DNA from: a virus
Virus record (IMG/VR): IMGVR_UViG_3300046674_000532
Length of the DNA: 64,000 bases
Reading direction: 5' to 3' (one strand)
Notes under the pieces: generated by a model
Told to the model about the DNA's origin: nothing
The model's database searches: none
Seen by the model: only the letters and a program-made list of their open reading frames with translations
Shown here: positions 33,789 to 44,799 of the stretch, piece after piece
Layout of the letters: every line of letters starts with the position of its first letter
How positions within the stretch are numbered: position 1 is the stretch's first letter
Made by a program: the position numbers and the translations under genes

Positions 33789-36707
33789 TCAGGCCACCCT
33801 TTCGAGTGTGAGGTAGGAGTCGAGGTAGAGAGTGGTGGCGGTTGCGTCGCTGGTTCCCTGGGCCCATTGGAGGGCGAACGTTCCAGCGGTGCCACCGACA
33901 CGGACGGTTGCTTTGACCTGGACGCCGTATCCGTTGGCCGCGATGCCGCCGTAGGTGCGGGGGCTGGCCAGGTCGGTGGATTCGGTTCGGACGGCGTACC
34001 CCCAAGTGGAGGATGTGTCCTGCTGAGTTCCTCCGCCGCTTGTCCCGGAGATGACGGTGACGCCGTTTCCGAGGCCCTGCCAGGTGCCGTCCGTTCCGGA
34101 CGGGAAGGTCCATCCCATCTTGAAGTCGCCGGGCCCAGAGTGCAGGAGGAGGCCTTCCACCGTGTACACGGCTCCCGCGTCCACGGCGAAGGTGATCTGG
34201 GTGTCGGTGGCCAGGGTGGTGTTGCTGGTCTTGGTCGCGTTGCTGGTGCGGTACTTGGTCTGGCGGCTTCCGATACCGGAGACGGTCAGGTTCCCGGCCA
34301 CGGTGGCGTTGCCGTCCTTGTCGACCTTGAACTTGTCGACGGAGTTGTACTGGGCGCGTACCAGGCTGGCGGTGTGCCCGGTCTCGGCATTGACGTAGAG
34401 GGCTGCGGATGAGGAGGCGGGTGCGAAGATCTCGAGTCGGGCTTTGTTGATCTGTCCGACTCCCTGCTGGAGCGTCAGGACGGCGTCCTGGGTGGAGTCG
34501 GCGGAGTTGCGGAATCCGATGCTTGCCGAGGTGCTGGAGAGGAAGATCCGTCCGCCGAGGTAGACCGAGGTGTCGGAGTCACGGACCCGTTCCGCGCACC
34601 AGAAGTCGGTGCCCAGGGCGCTGCCGAAGATGGTGCGCCACTTCATGTCGGAGAAGGCGCCCGCGGTGAAAAGGCCCGAGTTCATGCCGAGGACGGCGGC
34701 CGAGCCGGACACGTTGATGACGGCAGAGTTCGTACCTGCCGCGTTCGTCAGCCGCAGGTTCGGGAAGACGTCGTTCGGGTCGAGCCAGAGGATGGCGCCG
34801 TTGGTGCCTTTGACCAGCAGGCCGGAGGCGGACAGTTCACCGATCGCGGTGCCGCTCGAGTCGTAGACGAGGACCTTGTTGGCGGAGGACTCGTTCAGGG
34901 TGATGCGCTGCCCGGAGGCGGCGGTCTGGATGAGGGCGCCGGTGATGGTGCCGCCCGTGATGGTCTTGCCCGTGATGGCGGTCGCCGACAGGGCGGTCGC
35001 GTCCACCGCCCCAGCCGTGATCTTCGCCGCCGTAATCGCACCATCGGCGATGTTGACGGTGTTGACCACACCGGTCGGCAGGGTCTCCACGGTGACCTGG
35101 TCGACCTGCATGACGCCGCCGGTGGCGCCCGTCAGGAGCCGGACGACCGGGCGGACGTAGCGGACGTTCGTGTGGACTTTGCCGGGTGATTTCGGGTCCG
35201 GGCTGGCCGCGGTGGTGCCGGTGGACGCTGTGCCCTGGACGTAGCCGGTAAACGTGGTCCAGGCGGTGCCGACGCTGACCGTGACAGCGTTCGCGGCAAT
35301 GTAGTGCTGGCCGGTGACGACGGCGTTGGCGCCGGTGGAGGAGACGCGGGTGGTGCCGTCCGCAGCGATCCCGACCAGGCCCATGGACACGTTCGCGGTG
35401 CCCGCGGAGGGCGCGGTGGTGGTGCGGACGCGGGCGGTGACCCGGTACATCGTGTCTGGGTCGTAGGGCGTGTTGACGTTCCGTTCGAGGGTGACCGGCC
35501 CGGCAGCCTGGGCGACGGTGCCGCCGGCGGCCGCGTCGGAGACTGCGGTGAGCCAGGTCGGGGTGCCGGCGTCGGAGGTCTGCGTCCACAAGGTGGAGTC
35601 GCCCATGGCGTCGACCATTTTCGAGGCGATGGCCTGGGCGATGCCGACGGTCAGGGCGGTCGCGGTGACCGCTCCGGCCTGGATGTTGCCCGCGGCCACC
35701 GAGTTCACTGCGAGTTTCCCGGCCGTGACCGCGAGGGCGTTGAGCTCGCGCGCGGTGATGGCGTTCGCGTCCACCGTCCCGGCCTGGACCGCGTTCGCGG
35801 CGATGTTGCCCGCTTGCACGCTGTTCGCGGCCAGGTTCCCCGCCTGGACGGCCGCTGCCGCAATGTTCCCGGCCACCACGCTGCTGGCGTCGAGCTTGCC
35901 CGCGATGACGGCCCCGGCCGCAATCTTTGCCGCAGTCACGCAGGTCGCAGCCAACTCGTTCGCTGTGATAACGCTCGCGACCAGCTTTGGCGTGGTTATC
36001 GCGCCGTCGCTGATTTCGGTGTTCCCCACCGCTCCAGCCGCGATGGCTGCATTCGTGACGGCGTCCGCGGCGATGATGGCTGCCGTGACCGCCGCGTTGG
36101 CCAGGGCATCTGTGTCGATGGCCCCGGCCGCTACCTTCGCGGAGGTGACCGCGTCGTCGGCGAGTTTGAGCGTGGTGACGATGCCGTCGAGGATGTCGTC
36201 CGCGACCACCGGTGTCGGGCCGAACGGCCCCACCGTCACGGAGGGCGGGGAGGCGGCGCCGGAGGTGTTGCGGGCCAGGAGGCGGACGTAGACGGGGGTG
36301 TCGCAGGAGTGGACGACGGTGGCGCCTTGCGCGGTCTCGATCGTGGTGACGAGGGTGGCAGGGACCGGCGTGTAGACGGGGGTGATGGAGGCGTGGACTT
36401 CGACGCGCTGCCAGTCCATCGGAATGACCGTGCCGCCCGCGAACAGGCCGTCCCAGGAGACGGTGACTCCGCCGAGGACGGACGCGACGATCGGGTCGGA
36501 CGGCTGGGGCGGGGGCGGCCCGTTGACCGCTTGGACGCCTACGGTGCCGTCGCCCTGGACGCCGAGGATCGCCCGGACCTGACCGGAGCCGCTGTTCACG
36601 GTGACGGCGGCGTTCTCGATGGACGCGCCGTGTGCGAGCCGCTGCCCTTTGCGGACCTGGGCCAGGGCCCGCTCGAGTGCGGCGACCTTCTCGGGGACGG
36701 TGGCCAT
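33789..36707 (-). CDS. tail fibre / minor tail protein with Ala-rich fibre repeats
   Basis: ATG at 36707, 972 aa. Residues ~170-352 (about 35652..36200) are repeats of the type AAGAI..DA.A.NAV.A; C-terminal globular domain. Confidence 0.8.
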   Translation of the reverse strand: MATVPEKVAALERALAQVRKGQRLAHGASIENAAVTVNSGSGQVRAILGVQGDGTVGVQAVNGPPPPQPSDPIVASVLGGVTVSWDGLFAGGTVIPMDWQRVEVHASITPVYTPVPATLVTTIETAQGATVVHSCDTPVYVRLLARNTSGAASPPSVTVGPFGPTPVVADDILDGIVTTLKLADDAVTSAKVAAGAIDTDALANAAVTAAIIAADAVTNAAIAAGAVGNTEISDGAITTPKLVASVITANELAATCVTAAKIAAGAVIAGKLDASSVVAGNIAAAAVQAGNLAANSVQAGNIAANAVQAGTVDANAITARELNALAVTAGKLAVNSVAAGNIQAGAVTATALTVGIAQAIASKMVDAMGDSTLWTQTSDAGTPTWLTAVSDAAAGGTVAQAAGPVTLERNVNTPYDPDTMYRVTARVRTTTAPSAGTANVSMGLVGIAADGTTRVSSTGANAVVTGQHYIAANAVTVSVGTAWTTFTGYVQGTASTGTTAASPDPKSPGKVHTNVRYVRPVVRLLTGATGGVMQVDQVTVETLPTGVVNTVNIADGAITAAKITAGAVDATALSATAITGKTITGGTITGALIQTAASGQRITLNESSANKVLVYDSSGTAIGELSASGLLVKGTNGAILWLDPNDVFPNLRLTNAAGTNSAVINVSGSAAVLGMNSGLFTAGAFSDMKWRTIFGSALGTDFWCAERVRDSDTSVYLGGRIFLSSTSASIGFRNSADSTQDAVLTLQQGVGQINKARLEIFAPASSSAALYVNAETGHTASLVRAQYNSVDKFKVDKDGNATVAGNLTVSGIGSRQTKYRTSNATKTSNTTLATDTQITFAVDAGAVYTVEGLLLHSGPGDFKMGWTFPSGTDGTWQGLGNGVTVISGTSGGGTQQDTSSTWGYAVRTESTDLASPRTYGGIAANGYGVQVKATVRVGGTAGTFALQWAQGTSDATATTLYLDSYLTLERVA

Positions 36708-36709
36708 GG

Positions 36710-37807
36710 TCAGGAGTCCTCCGGCGATCCGTAGTGGAAGCTGTCGGCGCGCCGCAGCGTCAGGACGGCCTGGTCGGGGTTGTCGCCGGGCTGGTAGGAG
36801 TCGGCCGTGATGCGCGCCCATCCGGTGTACGACGTCCACTCGTTGTGCACTGCTACCTGGACGTCGTCGCCGATCTGCCAGGACCCGAGGCGGGCGTTGG
36901 GGTGGTCGCGGACGGTGATCTGGTCGACCTGGCCCATGATCTGAAGCTTGCGGCGTTCGGCGGTCGCGCGGCGGCCGAGGACGTCGTTGCCGTTGACGGT
37001 GGGCAGGGCCAGCACGGTCTCCATGCGGAGGCGGCCGTCGCGGGCGGGGTCGACGGCGAAGCGGGTGGCGGTGCCTTCGCCGCTGCCGGTGGCGATGACG
37101 ACGTTGGCGTAGTCGTCCCCGGACCGCTTGACCGGCGGCGCGTTGATGATGTTCACGCCGGACCGGAAGCTGATGTCGGTGCGGCGGGCGCCCAGACGCG
37201 GGTAGCCGAGCGCGAGGCGCCGGCGGATGCTGCCGTTGGACTGGAAGGAGCAGAGGTTGGTGTACTGCGGGGCGCCGTCCTCGGACACCAGGTCGTCTAC
37301 CAGCTCGCCCAGCACCGGGGTCTCGTACCAGTAGGAATGCCACGGCTCGGCCGGCGTCCCGGACTTCGCGCTGGACGTGGTGGAGTCGACGACGACGCCG
37401 AGGTTCCCGTCCGGCTGCTCCTGCGCGTACGCCCAGATGTCGCGGATGATGTCGCACGGGTCGGCGTACGTGTACGGACCGCGTCCGTTCAGTTCGCCGT
37501 GCTCGTCGTGCCGCTTGGTCAGGTACGACGACCAGGACGCGGCCTCGAGCCGGTACTCACCGCCTTCGGCTTCCACGGACCAGACGAGGCCGCCCCAGCG
37601 CAGGAACCCGTCCGCTTCCGCGTAGATCAGGGCGACGGCCGGTTCGACCAGTGCAGCGTTCGCGGCGACCCAGTGCGGGGCGAGGGTGGCGGAGAAGCTG
37701 CCGGGGCCGTTGAGTTCGTTGCCGAACTCCACCCCGGACAGCGGCAGTGCGGGGTGGAGGACGGCGCCAGTCAGCGCGTGCTGCGTGAAAAAGCGCCAGC
37801 GCCCCAT
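36710..37807 (-). CDS. minor tail protein
   Basis: ATG at 37807 (TGATG overlap), 365 aa, in the tail-tip gene block. Confidence 0.7.
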   Translation of the reverse strand: MGRWRFFTQHALTGAVLHPALPLSGVEFGNELNGPGSFSATLAPHWVAANAALVEPAVALIYAEADGFLRWGGLVWSVEAEGGEYRLEAASWSSYLTKRHDEHGELNGRGPYTYADPCDIIRDIWAYAQEQPDGNLGVVVDSTTSSAKSGTPAEPWHSYWYETPVLGELVDDLVSEDGAPQYTNLCSFQSNGSIRRRLALGYPRLGARRTDISFRSGVNIINAPPVKRSGDDYANVVIATGSGEGTATRFAVDPARDGRLRMETVLALPTVNGNDVLGRRATAERRKLQIMGQVDQITVRDHPNARLGSWQIGDDVQVAVHNEWTSYTGWARITADSYQPGDNPDQAVLTLRRADSFHYGSPEDS

Positions 37808-38760
37808 CAGATGGCGCCCTCGGTGAACTCCACGTCGATGATGAAGCTGGTGGCGCCGTCCACGCCGATCTTCCCCGCGTTGGAGGACCGGGTCCGCATG
37901 CGGGCCTTGAAGGCCTGGTTGGTGCCGCGCATCGCGGCGCCCGCAGTGGTGGTGAGGCTGATCGTCTCGGCCATCACCAGGGAGGGGACGCGGCGGGCGG
38001 CGGAGCCCTGGTTGTCGTCGATGGAGACCCACTGGGCGGCCTCTTCGGTGCCCAGCATAAAACGGAAGCCGCCGAACACGTTGCCGTCGACCAGGCGTAT
38101 GCCGCCGGCGGAGAAAACGACCTTTGCGGAGGCGGCCCAGGCGGGGATCGCGATGGTCGCCATGGTCAGGTTGGGGTGGGTCTTCCACGTCTCCGAGGTG
38201 CCGGAGATCTCCACCAGCGGGTCGGACGCGTAGTACGGGTACAGGATGCGTTCGCGGCGCGGGTTGGCGACCTTCCGCAGGTCCACGATCATCGCGGCGG
38301 TGATGGTCGCGGTCGAGGCCGGGATGTCGATGCGGGCCAGCGGGATCGCCGAGTACCCGGAGGGCACCGTCGTCGCGGACGAGCCGACGTTGGTGACGAC
38401 CTGCCAGTAGACGATCGGGTCCTCGGCCGGGTCGCGGGTGCCCTCGTAATCGGGGTCTTCGACGCGCAGGATCAGCATGTCGGAGCGCGGTGACCCGCCG
38501 GTGGCGGAGATCGACACGGTGTCGGAGCCGATGTTGTAGGCCGAGTAGTAGCCCTGGAACGTGTTCGCCTTCCCGGCGATGACGGCCGATCCGTCACTGA
38601 TCTGGACGCCGGCGCCGGGCGTGGACAGGGCGGACACCTTCAGGTCCAGGCCGGTGGTGACGCCCTGGTTGTCCCGCGCCAGGTCTTTAATCATCATGCG
38701 GAACTGCTGGGCGGTGTGCTCGGCCCCGGTGGTTGCGATCGGGGTGCCGTTGAGCGCCAT
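37807..38760 (-). CDS. minor tail protein
   Basis: 317-aa ORF between the distal-tail-like gene and the next tail gene. Confidence 0.7.
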   Translation of the reverse strand: MALNGTPIATTGAEHTAQQFRMMIKDLARDNQGVTTGLDLKVSALSTPGAGVQISDGSAVIAGKANTFQGYYSAYNIGSDTVSISATGGSPRSDMLILRVEDPDYEGTRDPAEDPIVYWQVVTNVGSSATTVPSGYSAIPLARIDIPASTATITAAMIVDLRKVANPRRERILYPYYASDPLVEISGTSETWKTHPNLTMATIAIPAWAASAKVVFSAGGIRLVDGNVFGGFRFMLGTEEAAQWVSIDDNQGSAARRVPSLVMAETISLTTTAGAAMRGTNQAFKARMRTRSSNAGKIGVDGATSFIIDVEFTEGAI

Positions 38761-38770
38761 GACGGGCCTC

Positions 38771-39667
38771 CTACAGGGCCTTGTAGGCGGGCCACCAGGT
38801 GACGGCCAGCGTGGACGTGAGCGTGTTGTCGGTGGCGTTCCACCGAATCTCGTTGAGGCCCGGGGTGAGGACGAACTGGTCGATGCGGGAGACGGCGGTG
38901 AGGGGGGCGCCGCCGCCGTTCTCGCGCAGCACGGTGCGCCAGCCGGGCCGGGTGTCGATCTGCACCCACTCCCCGGCGGCCAGCGTCGTCTGCACGGTCA
39001 GCGTCCGGCCGGAGCCGACGTGGGTGATGGAGGGGTTGGCGCACGGCCCGTTGACCCGCAGAACGGGTGCGGTGGCCTTGGTGCCGTCGACCTGGATGTA
39101 GCCGGGGCGGGCGATTGCGGATGCGGCTCCGGCGATCGTGAACGGGAACTGCAGGGGGAAGGTCATGCCGCCCTCGGTGAGGCTGCCGAGCGGCATGGAC
39201 GTCGTCTCCGCCTGGTCGGCGTAGTAGAGGTGGTCCTGCGCCTGGAACTCGATGTCGAGCGGCGCGTAGCCGAAGATGACCTGTTCCAGGTTGGGTTCGA
39301 ACTTTCGCAGGCGGCCGCGGACGACGCGGGTGGTACGGCCGGGGAACTTCAGCCGCAGGTCCATGGTCGTGCCGGCCTGCCCGCGGACGGCGTCGGTGTC
39401 GGCGAGGTCCTGGAGGTCGGCGGCGATGTCGAGGACGCCGGGCACGTCCTCGACGACCTTGACGGCGGCGTCGATGCGGATGAGGCGGCCGGCGTAGTAG
39501 TCGGTGCCCAGCCAGGTGCCGTCCTCCCCGGGCGGGTCCACGTCGGCGGTGCGCAGCGGGGGCTGGCCGAGGCCTTCGACGGTTTTGATGGGGATGCTGG
39601 TGCCGCGTCCGATGAGGACGCCGCCGAGTTCGTGCTGGAAGTCGCTCAGCTCGATGGGTGTGCTCAT
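38771..39667 (-). CDS. distal tail (Dit-like) protein
   Basis: ATG at 39667 overlaps the tape-measure stop; first gene after the tape measure, 298 aa. Confidence 0.65.
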   Translation of the reverse strand: MSTPIELSDFQHELGGVLIGRGTSIPIKTVEGLGQPPLRTADVDPPGEDGTWLGTDYYAGRLIRIDAAVKVVEDVPGVLDIAADLQDLADTDAVRGQAGTTMDLRLKFPGRTTRVVRGRLRKFEPNLEQVIFGYAPLDIEFQAQDHLYYADQAETTSMPLGSLTEGGMTFPLQFPFTIAGAASAIARPGYIQVDGTKATAPVLRVNGPCANPSITHVGSGRTLTVQTTLAAGEWVQIDTRPGWRTVLRENGGGAPLTAVSRIDQFVLTPGLNEIRWNATDNTLTSTLAVTWWPAYKAL

Positions 39668-42600
39668 CCGCGTGCCCCTACTCCGCCGCGGGCCAGGCGC
39701 CGCAGCTGGTAGCCCTGACGGCTGTCGATGTCGCGGGCCAGGTCGCGGTCGGACCGGCGGTCGCCGATGTGGTAGTGGTTCTCGCCGATCAGGGGGGCCT
39801 GCTGACGGATGATGATGATCTTTTCTTTGGTGGCGTCCCGCAGGCCCACGCCGAACCGTCCGGCGACGTCGGCCAGGACCGGCATCGCGGAGCTGCGCTT
39901 GTTCGCGCCGAGCGGGATGTACGCCTCGCCGCCGGTGGACGGCTCGGCGAAGGTGACGGCGCCGCCGCTGGTGGAGTAGATTCCGGAGCGGATCCCGCCG
40001 TCGGCGTACGCGAGGCCCTTGTTGGCCTTGCCCAGGTCGGACAGGAAGCGGGTGGCGCGGGTGCCGAGGCTCTTGCTGATCTGGCTCTTGGCCTTGTTGG
40101 CGACCGTGATGATCTCGTCTTCGCCCAGTGCGGTGGTCGCGGCGACGTCGTGCAGGCCGGTCTTGCTCGTCTTGATCGCGGCGATGATGGAGACCAGTTC
40201 GGACACCTCGTCGGCCGTCAGGGCCTTGTTCGCGGTCTTCGCTGCGTCGTTGGCCTTGGACGCCTTGCCCTTGTCCTTGACCGCGGCCGCGGCGAGGTCC
40301 TGCGCGGCCTGGTCGTTCTGGGCGGCCAACTGGGCGGCGAGGTCCCCGAAGCCTTCGGCGGCCAGCTTGGCCAGGTTGTCGCTGAACGTCTTGTTCAGCA
40401 CGTTGGCCTTGCCCAACTGGCGGGTGTAGTCCTCGAGCGTGGCCTTGGCCGTCTTCTGCAGGTCCCGGAGCGCCTTGGACATGTCGTTGATGTACTTGGT
40501 GGAGCCGGTGGCCATTTTGTGGGCGAGTTTCATGCCGTCCTCGCCCATCGCGGCGAGGGCGTCGGCGACGTCCCCGCCGGCCCGGCGGGCGACGGCCTCG
40601 AGGTCCTTGTTCCAGGCGGTGGTGGCCTTCGCGGCGGACTTCAGCTTCTTCTCCACCGCGCCGATGTCGAAGTACTCGACCTCTTTGGTCTTCCACTTGC
40701 CCTTGACCTTGACCTTGACCTTCTTGGTCTTGTGGCCTGCCTGCCCGGCGTCGGAGGCGGAGTAGAGGGACCCGCTGGTGGGGTCGTAGCGCCAGTCGGT
40801 GACGTTGCCGTCGGCGTTCCAGTTGATGCCGCCCGGGTTGCCGCCCAGACGGCGGACGATCTCTTCGGTGATGGCGCGGGAGCGGGGCCGCTTGGAGGCG
40901 GCGAACGGAACGTAGCCCTCGCCCTGCGTCTCGGGCTCACCCCACACCCGCCACGATCCGCCGGGGGCGATCTGCGCGACGTGGTTCTCGGCGCCGCCAG
41001 CGAAGCGCTGTACGCCGCCGCGCTGGATGCCGCCGTTGGCGTAGTGGTCGACGATGCCGCCGTTGGAGTATCCGGCAAGGTTCTTGTTGGTTCGCGCGAC
41101 GGTCGCTTCGACGTTGATGGTGTGCCGGACGGTGGTGAGCGTGACGGTTTTGCTGCGGATCCTGTCGATCGCGGCCTGGATGGCGCGGGCGGTCGCGCTG
41201 GCCCGGTCGATGACGCCTACGGGGACGTTCTTGCCCTTGACGCTGGACAGTTTCGCGATGAGCAGGTCGAGGTCGGCGCGAGCTCCCTGCGTCGGTGCGG
41301 TGATCTTGTATTCGCGGGTGCCGGGGATCAGCTTGATTTTGTAGCCGAGGTCCTCTAGTTCCCTCTTCGCGTCCTCGCCCAGAGCGTCAATCTTGATGGT
41401 CTTCTTGGTGGGCTGCGCTTTGAACTGGGCCTGCACCGCCATCAGTTCGGCGAGGGTGGAGTCGACGCCGTGGGTGGACAGCAGGATGGACACCTGTCCG
41501 GGGATCAGCCCCATGGAGTCGGCGACCCTCCCGGCCTGCGTCGCGGTCAGCCCGTACCCGCCCATCAGGTCGATGGCGGCCTTGCGGGACTTCTCCATCT
41601 CCGCGCGCGCGGCCGCCATCGACTCGGGCAGTCCCTTGCCCTGCGAGTCGGCAAAGTCGTAGGCGGCCACCGCCGCGGAGGCACTTCCGTCGGCGACGGT
41701 GTTGAGGGTGTTGAAGAGGTCCTGGCCGTTCTTGGTGGTGGTGTCGAGCTGCCCGTTGGTCTTCACCAGGGCTTTGCCGTAGCCGGCCGTGTGGTCGATG
41801 CCGTTCTTCATCGCCTCGTTGGCGTTGGAGATGGCCTCGTTCACCCGGGCCTGCGCGGCCTGCAGGGAGACGCTGCCGCCGGACAGCAGGTCCAGGGCTT
41901 CGCGCAGGGCGCGGGTACGGGTGTCGGCGTCGCCGGTCCTGTCGGCCAGCGCGCCGACGGCGGTCTTGAGCCGGTCGTAGGCGGTGACGCCGTTGCTGGC
42001 CCCGTTGACGCCTTCGTTGTAGTCGCGGGCGTCTGCGGCGGCTTTCTTGAAGTCACCGGACAGGCCGGACAGCCCTTGGCGCAGGTCGTCTGCTGCCTGG
42101 CCCTGTTTGTTGAGGGCATCGCCGCCGACACCGGACTCGGGGTCCAGAACCCAGTGGTGGTTCGCTGCGGCGACATCCTCGAGGTGTTTTTGCAGCTTGC
42201 CCAGGCTGGTGCCCTGGTTGGTGTAGGCGTCGACCAGTTCGGACATCGGGACTTTCGCGGTCCGCGCGAGGTCGACGAGGCGCTGCTGTCCGTCCAGCGT
42301 TGTTTTGATCTTCTGCTGCATCAGGTTCTCGGTGGCGATGGAGCGCACCGATTCGTTCACGACGCCGTTGGAGTCGCGTAGTGCCTGGGACAGGCTGCTG
42401 ATCTGCTGCTGGTGCTCGGCGGCTGCCTGGGCGGCCTGCTGCTGCTTGGTGGCGAGGAAGCCGAGTCCGATGGTGGCGGCGGTGATGGCCAGGCCCCACG
42501 GTCCGCCGAGGGCGCCCATGAGGCCGCTGCCGAGTCCGCGGGCGGCGGTCCCGGCGGCTGCGCCGATCCCGCGCAGGGTGCCGGTGAAGCCGGTTCCGGC

Positions 42601-44757
42601 GGCTGCGGCGGTACGGAACGAGGCCCCCATCCGGCCGATGATCGGGACCCGGGCCTGGAGGACGGAGAGCGCTGCCCCGTACCGGGTCAGGGACACGCCG
42701 GCCGCGGCGGCCAGCGACCGCTGCACGGCCATCTGCCCGCTCAACGATCGGAAGGCACCGGTGACGCGTCCGGACACGGTGCCGGCGAGCGCTGCCATAC
42801 GCGGCTGGATGCGGGAGGTCAGCATCGCGGCGAGGACGAACTGCTGGATCGGGCCGGGCAGCGCGCCGAACGCGGAGACCAGCGTGCCGACGAGGTGGCC
42901 GATCGGGCCCAGTACGACGGAGACCGCTGATACGGCGGCCATGACGAGGTCCAGGGCTCCCACGACGATGTCGAGGGTGGAGGCCACGGTGCTGCCCTCG
43001 CCGGTGAGGTCGCCGAAGGCGGACACGACGGGCTGGACGCCGTCGGCGAGGTTGCCGAGGACGTCCATGACCATCTTCCCGGCGTTGATGATCAGGTGGA
43101 AGAAGGCGGCGATGCCTTCGCCCGCGAGGTCCTTGAACGGCTCGGCCAGGCCTTCCGCGGAGTCCTTGATCCCGTCGAACTGGGCGCGGGCGGCCGCGAG
43201 AAGGTCGGGCCCGAACACGGAGCCCAGGTCGTTCATGTGCTTGAAAAACTGTTCGATCTTCGGGGTGGCGTCGGACAGGCCGGCAGTGATGCCGCGGGTG
43301 AGGAACTCCAGGCCGGGCGCCATGCCCTGGTAGATCGTCAGGCCGGTCTGCTTGGCCTGGGTCTTGAGCTGGAGCATGGCGCCGGCGAGGCCCTTGCCCT
43401 TGGCGGCGGCGATCTCGGAGGCGGCGCCGGTGTCGGACACCGCGGCCATCAGGTTGTCGAAGCTGTCGACGCCCTGGTGGGCGAGGGCGATGGCGCCGGA
43501 CATGGCCGGCTTGCCCATGGACTTCTTGACGGCGGCCGCGAAGTCCTTCTGGCTCATCTTGTGCTGGGCGTGGGACAGGCCGTCGATGACGTAGCGCAGG
43601 CCTTTGAACTGCCCGGACGCAGACCACGCTTCGATGCCCATGGCCTTGAGGCCTTCGATCATCTGCGGGGTGGGGGCGGCCAGGTTGGCCATCATGCCGC
43701 GCAGTGTCGTACCGGCGGTCTGGCCGAGGATGCCGGCCTTGCCGAGCATGCCGACCGCGGACGCGGTCTCCTGCATGGTGACGCCGAGCCCGTGCGCGAC
43801 CGGGCCCGCGTACTTCATGGCGTAGTAAATGTCGATAATGTCGCCGGATGCGGCATTTGCCGTAGCGGCGAGGGTGTCGGCGGCCTTGCCCGCCTGGTCG
43901 GCGCCCATGCCGAACTGGTCCATCATGTCGCCGAGATACTTCGCGCTGTCGGCGGCGTCTACCTGCGCGGCGGAGGCGAGGATCAGGCTGGCGCGGGTGG
44001 AGGAGATGGCCTGGTCGGTACGGAACCCGGCCTTGGCGAGTTCCACCATCGCCTCGGCGGCGTCCGCGGCGGTGGCGCCGGGGATGCTGAGGTCGTTGCC
44101 GAGCTGGTTGGCGGTCGCCCCTGCGCGCTGCATCTGCATGGCGGTCGCGCCGGTCGTCGCCCCGAACGCGTTCATCGACTGCTGGAGTTCGCCGCCCATC
44201 TTCAGCAGCTCGGCGCCGCCGATGACGAACGCCCCGCCGGTCAGCAGGTTGGCCAGGGACATGAGCTGGCGGCGGGCGTGCCCGGACTCGTCACCGATGC
44301 GGCGCAGGCCACGGACGCTGCCGCCGCCGACCCGGGCCAGGCGTGAGTCGGCGCGTCGGGCCGCGTCGGCCAGGCGCAGCAGGTCCCGGACCGCACCGTC
44401 GATCTGCCCGGACATGCGGGCGAGTTGCCGGGCGGTGGTGCGGGAGTGATCGCCCAGGGTGTTGACGTGCCGCTGGGCGCGCTGCGCGGCATCCCCGTAG
44501 CGGCCGAGGTGGCGGGCCGCGGCCTGGGCGCCCTCTCCCAGCCGGGTCAGGTTGCGGCCTGCCGTGCGGGCTTCGCGACCCAGGGTGCGCAGGTGCCGGG
44601 TCGCGGTGTCGGCGGCCTGCCCGAGTTCCTTGACCTCGGTCTTCGCGGTACGTGCGGCATTCCCGAGGCTGCGGGCGTGCTTCGCCGACGACTTCAGCGA
44701 CTGGGCGAGATCATTACCGTGCCCGCGGATGTCCACGGACAAGTTCCAGTTGGCCAC
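39664..44757 (-). CDS. tape measure protein
   Basis: 1697 aa, Ala/Gly-rich helical repeats with hydrophobic central segments. GTG start at 44757; located after the G/G-T chaperones. Confidence 0.9.
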   Translation of the reverse strand: MANWNLSVDIRGHGNDLAQSLKSSAKHARSLGNAARTAKTEVKELGQAADTATRHLRTLGREARTAGRNLTRLGEGAQAAARHLGRYGDAAQRAQRHVNTLGDHSRTTARQLARMSGQIDGAVRDLLRLADAARRADSRLARVGGGSVRGLRRIGDESGHARRQLMSLANLLTGGAFVIGGAELLKMGGELQQSMNAFGATTGATAMQMQRAGATANQLGNDLSIPGATAADAAEAMVELAKAGFRTDQAISSTRASLILASAAQVDAADSAKYLGDMMDQFGMGADQAGKAADTLAATANAASGDIIDIYYAMKYAGPVAHGLGVTMQETASAVGMLGKAGILGQTAGTTLRGMMANLAAPTPQMIEGLKAMGIEAWSASGQFKGLRYVIDGLSHAQHKMSQKDFAAAVKKSMGKPAMSGAIALAHQGVDSFDNLMAAVSDTGAASEIAAAKGKGLAGAMLQLKTQAKQTGLTIYQGMAPGLEFLTRGITAGLSDATPKIEQFFKHMNDLGSVFGPDLLAAARAQFDGIKDSAEGLAEPFKDLAGEGIAAFFHLIINAGKMVMDVLGNLADGVQPVVSAFGDLTGEGSTVASTLDIVVGALDLVMAAVSAVSVVLGPIGHLVGTLVSAFGALPGPIQQFVLAAMLTSRIQPRMAALAGTVSGRVTGAFRSLSGQMAVQRSLAAAAGVSLTRYGAALSVLQARVPIIGRMGASFRTAAAAGTGFTGTLRGIGAAAGTAARGLGSGLMGALGGPWGLAITAATIGLGFLATKQQQAAQAAAEHQQQISSLSQALRDSNGVVNESVRSIATENLMQQKIKTTLDGQQRLVDLARTAKVPMSELVDAYTNQGTSLGKLQKHLEDVAAANHHWVLDPESGVGGDALNKQGQAADDLRQGLSGLSGDFKKAAADARDYNEGVNGASNGVTAYDRLKTAVGALADRTGDADTRTRALREALDLLSGGSVSLQAAQARVNEAISNANEAMKNGIDHTAGYGKALVKTNGQLDTTTKNGQDLFNTLNTVADGSASAAVAAYDFADSQGKGLPESMAAARAEMEKSRKAAIDLMGGYGLTATQAGRVADSMGLIPGQVSILLSTHGVDSTLAELMAVQAQFKAQPTKKTIKIDALGEDAKRELEDLGYKIKLIPGTREYKITAPTQGARADLDLLIAKLSSVKGKNVPVGVIDRASATARAIQAAIDRIRSKTVTLTTVRHTINVEATVARTNKNLAGYSNGGIVDHYANGGIQRGGVQRFAGGAENHVAQIAPGGSWRVWGEPETQGEGYVPFAASKRPRSRAITEEIVRRLGGNPGGINWNADGNVTDWRYDPTSGSLYSASDAGQAGHKTKKVKVKVKGKWKTKEVEYFDIGAVEKKLKSAAKATTAWNKDLEAVARRAGGDVADALAAMGEDGMKLAHKMATGSTKYINDMSKALRDLQKTAKATLEDYTRQLGKANVLNKTFSDNLAKLAAEGFGDLAAQLAAQNDQAAQDLAAAAVKDKGKASKANDAAKTANKALTADEVSELVSIIAAIKTSKTGLHDVAATTALGEDEIITVANKAKSQISKSLGTRATRFLSDLGKANKGLAYADGGIRSGIYSTSGGAVTFAEPSTGGEAYIPLGANKRSSAMPVLADVAGRFGVGLRDATKEKIIIIRQQAPLIGENHYHIGDRRSDRDLARDIDSRQGYQLRRLARGGVGARG

Positions 44758-44799
44758 CGGTACGCCCCTCCCTCGCTGCTCGACTCGTGCGGTGTGCGG

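Noticed and set aside
36708-37457. 250-codon N-terminal extension of the tail-fibre ORF (33789..37457)
   Set aside because: The extension is Arg/Pro-rich and overlaps gene 36710..37807 in another frame. ATG at 36707 directly follows that gene's stop.
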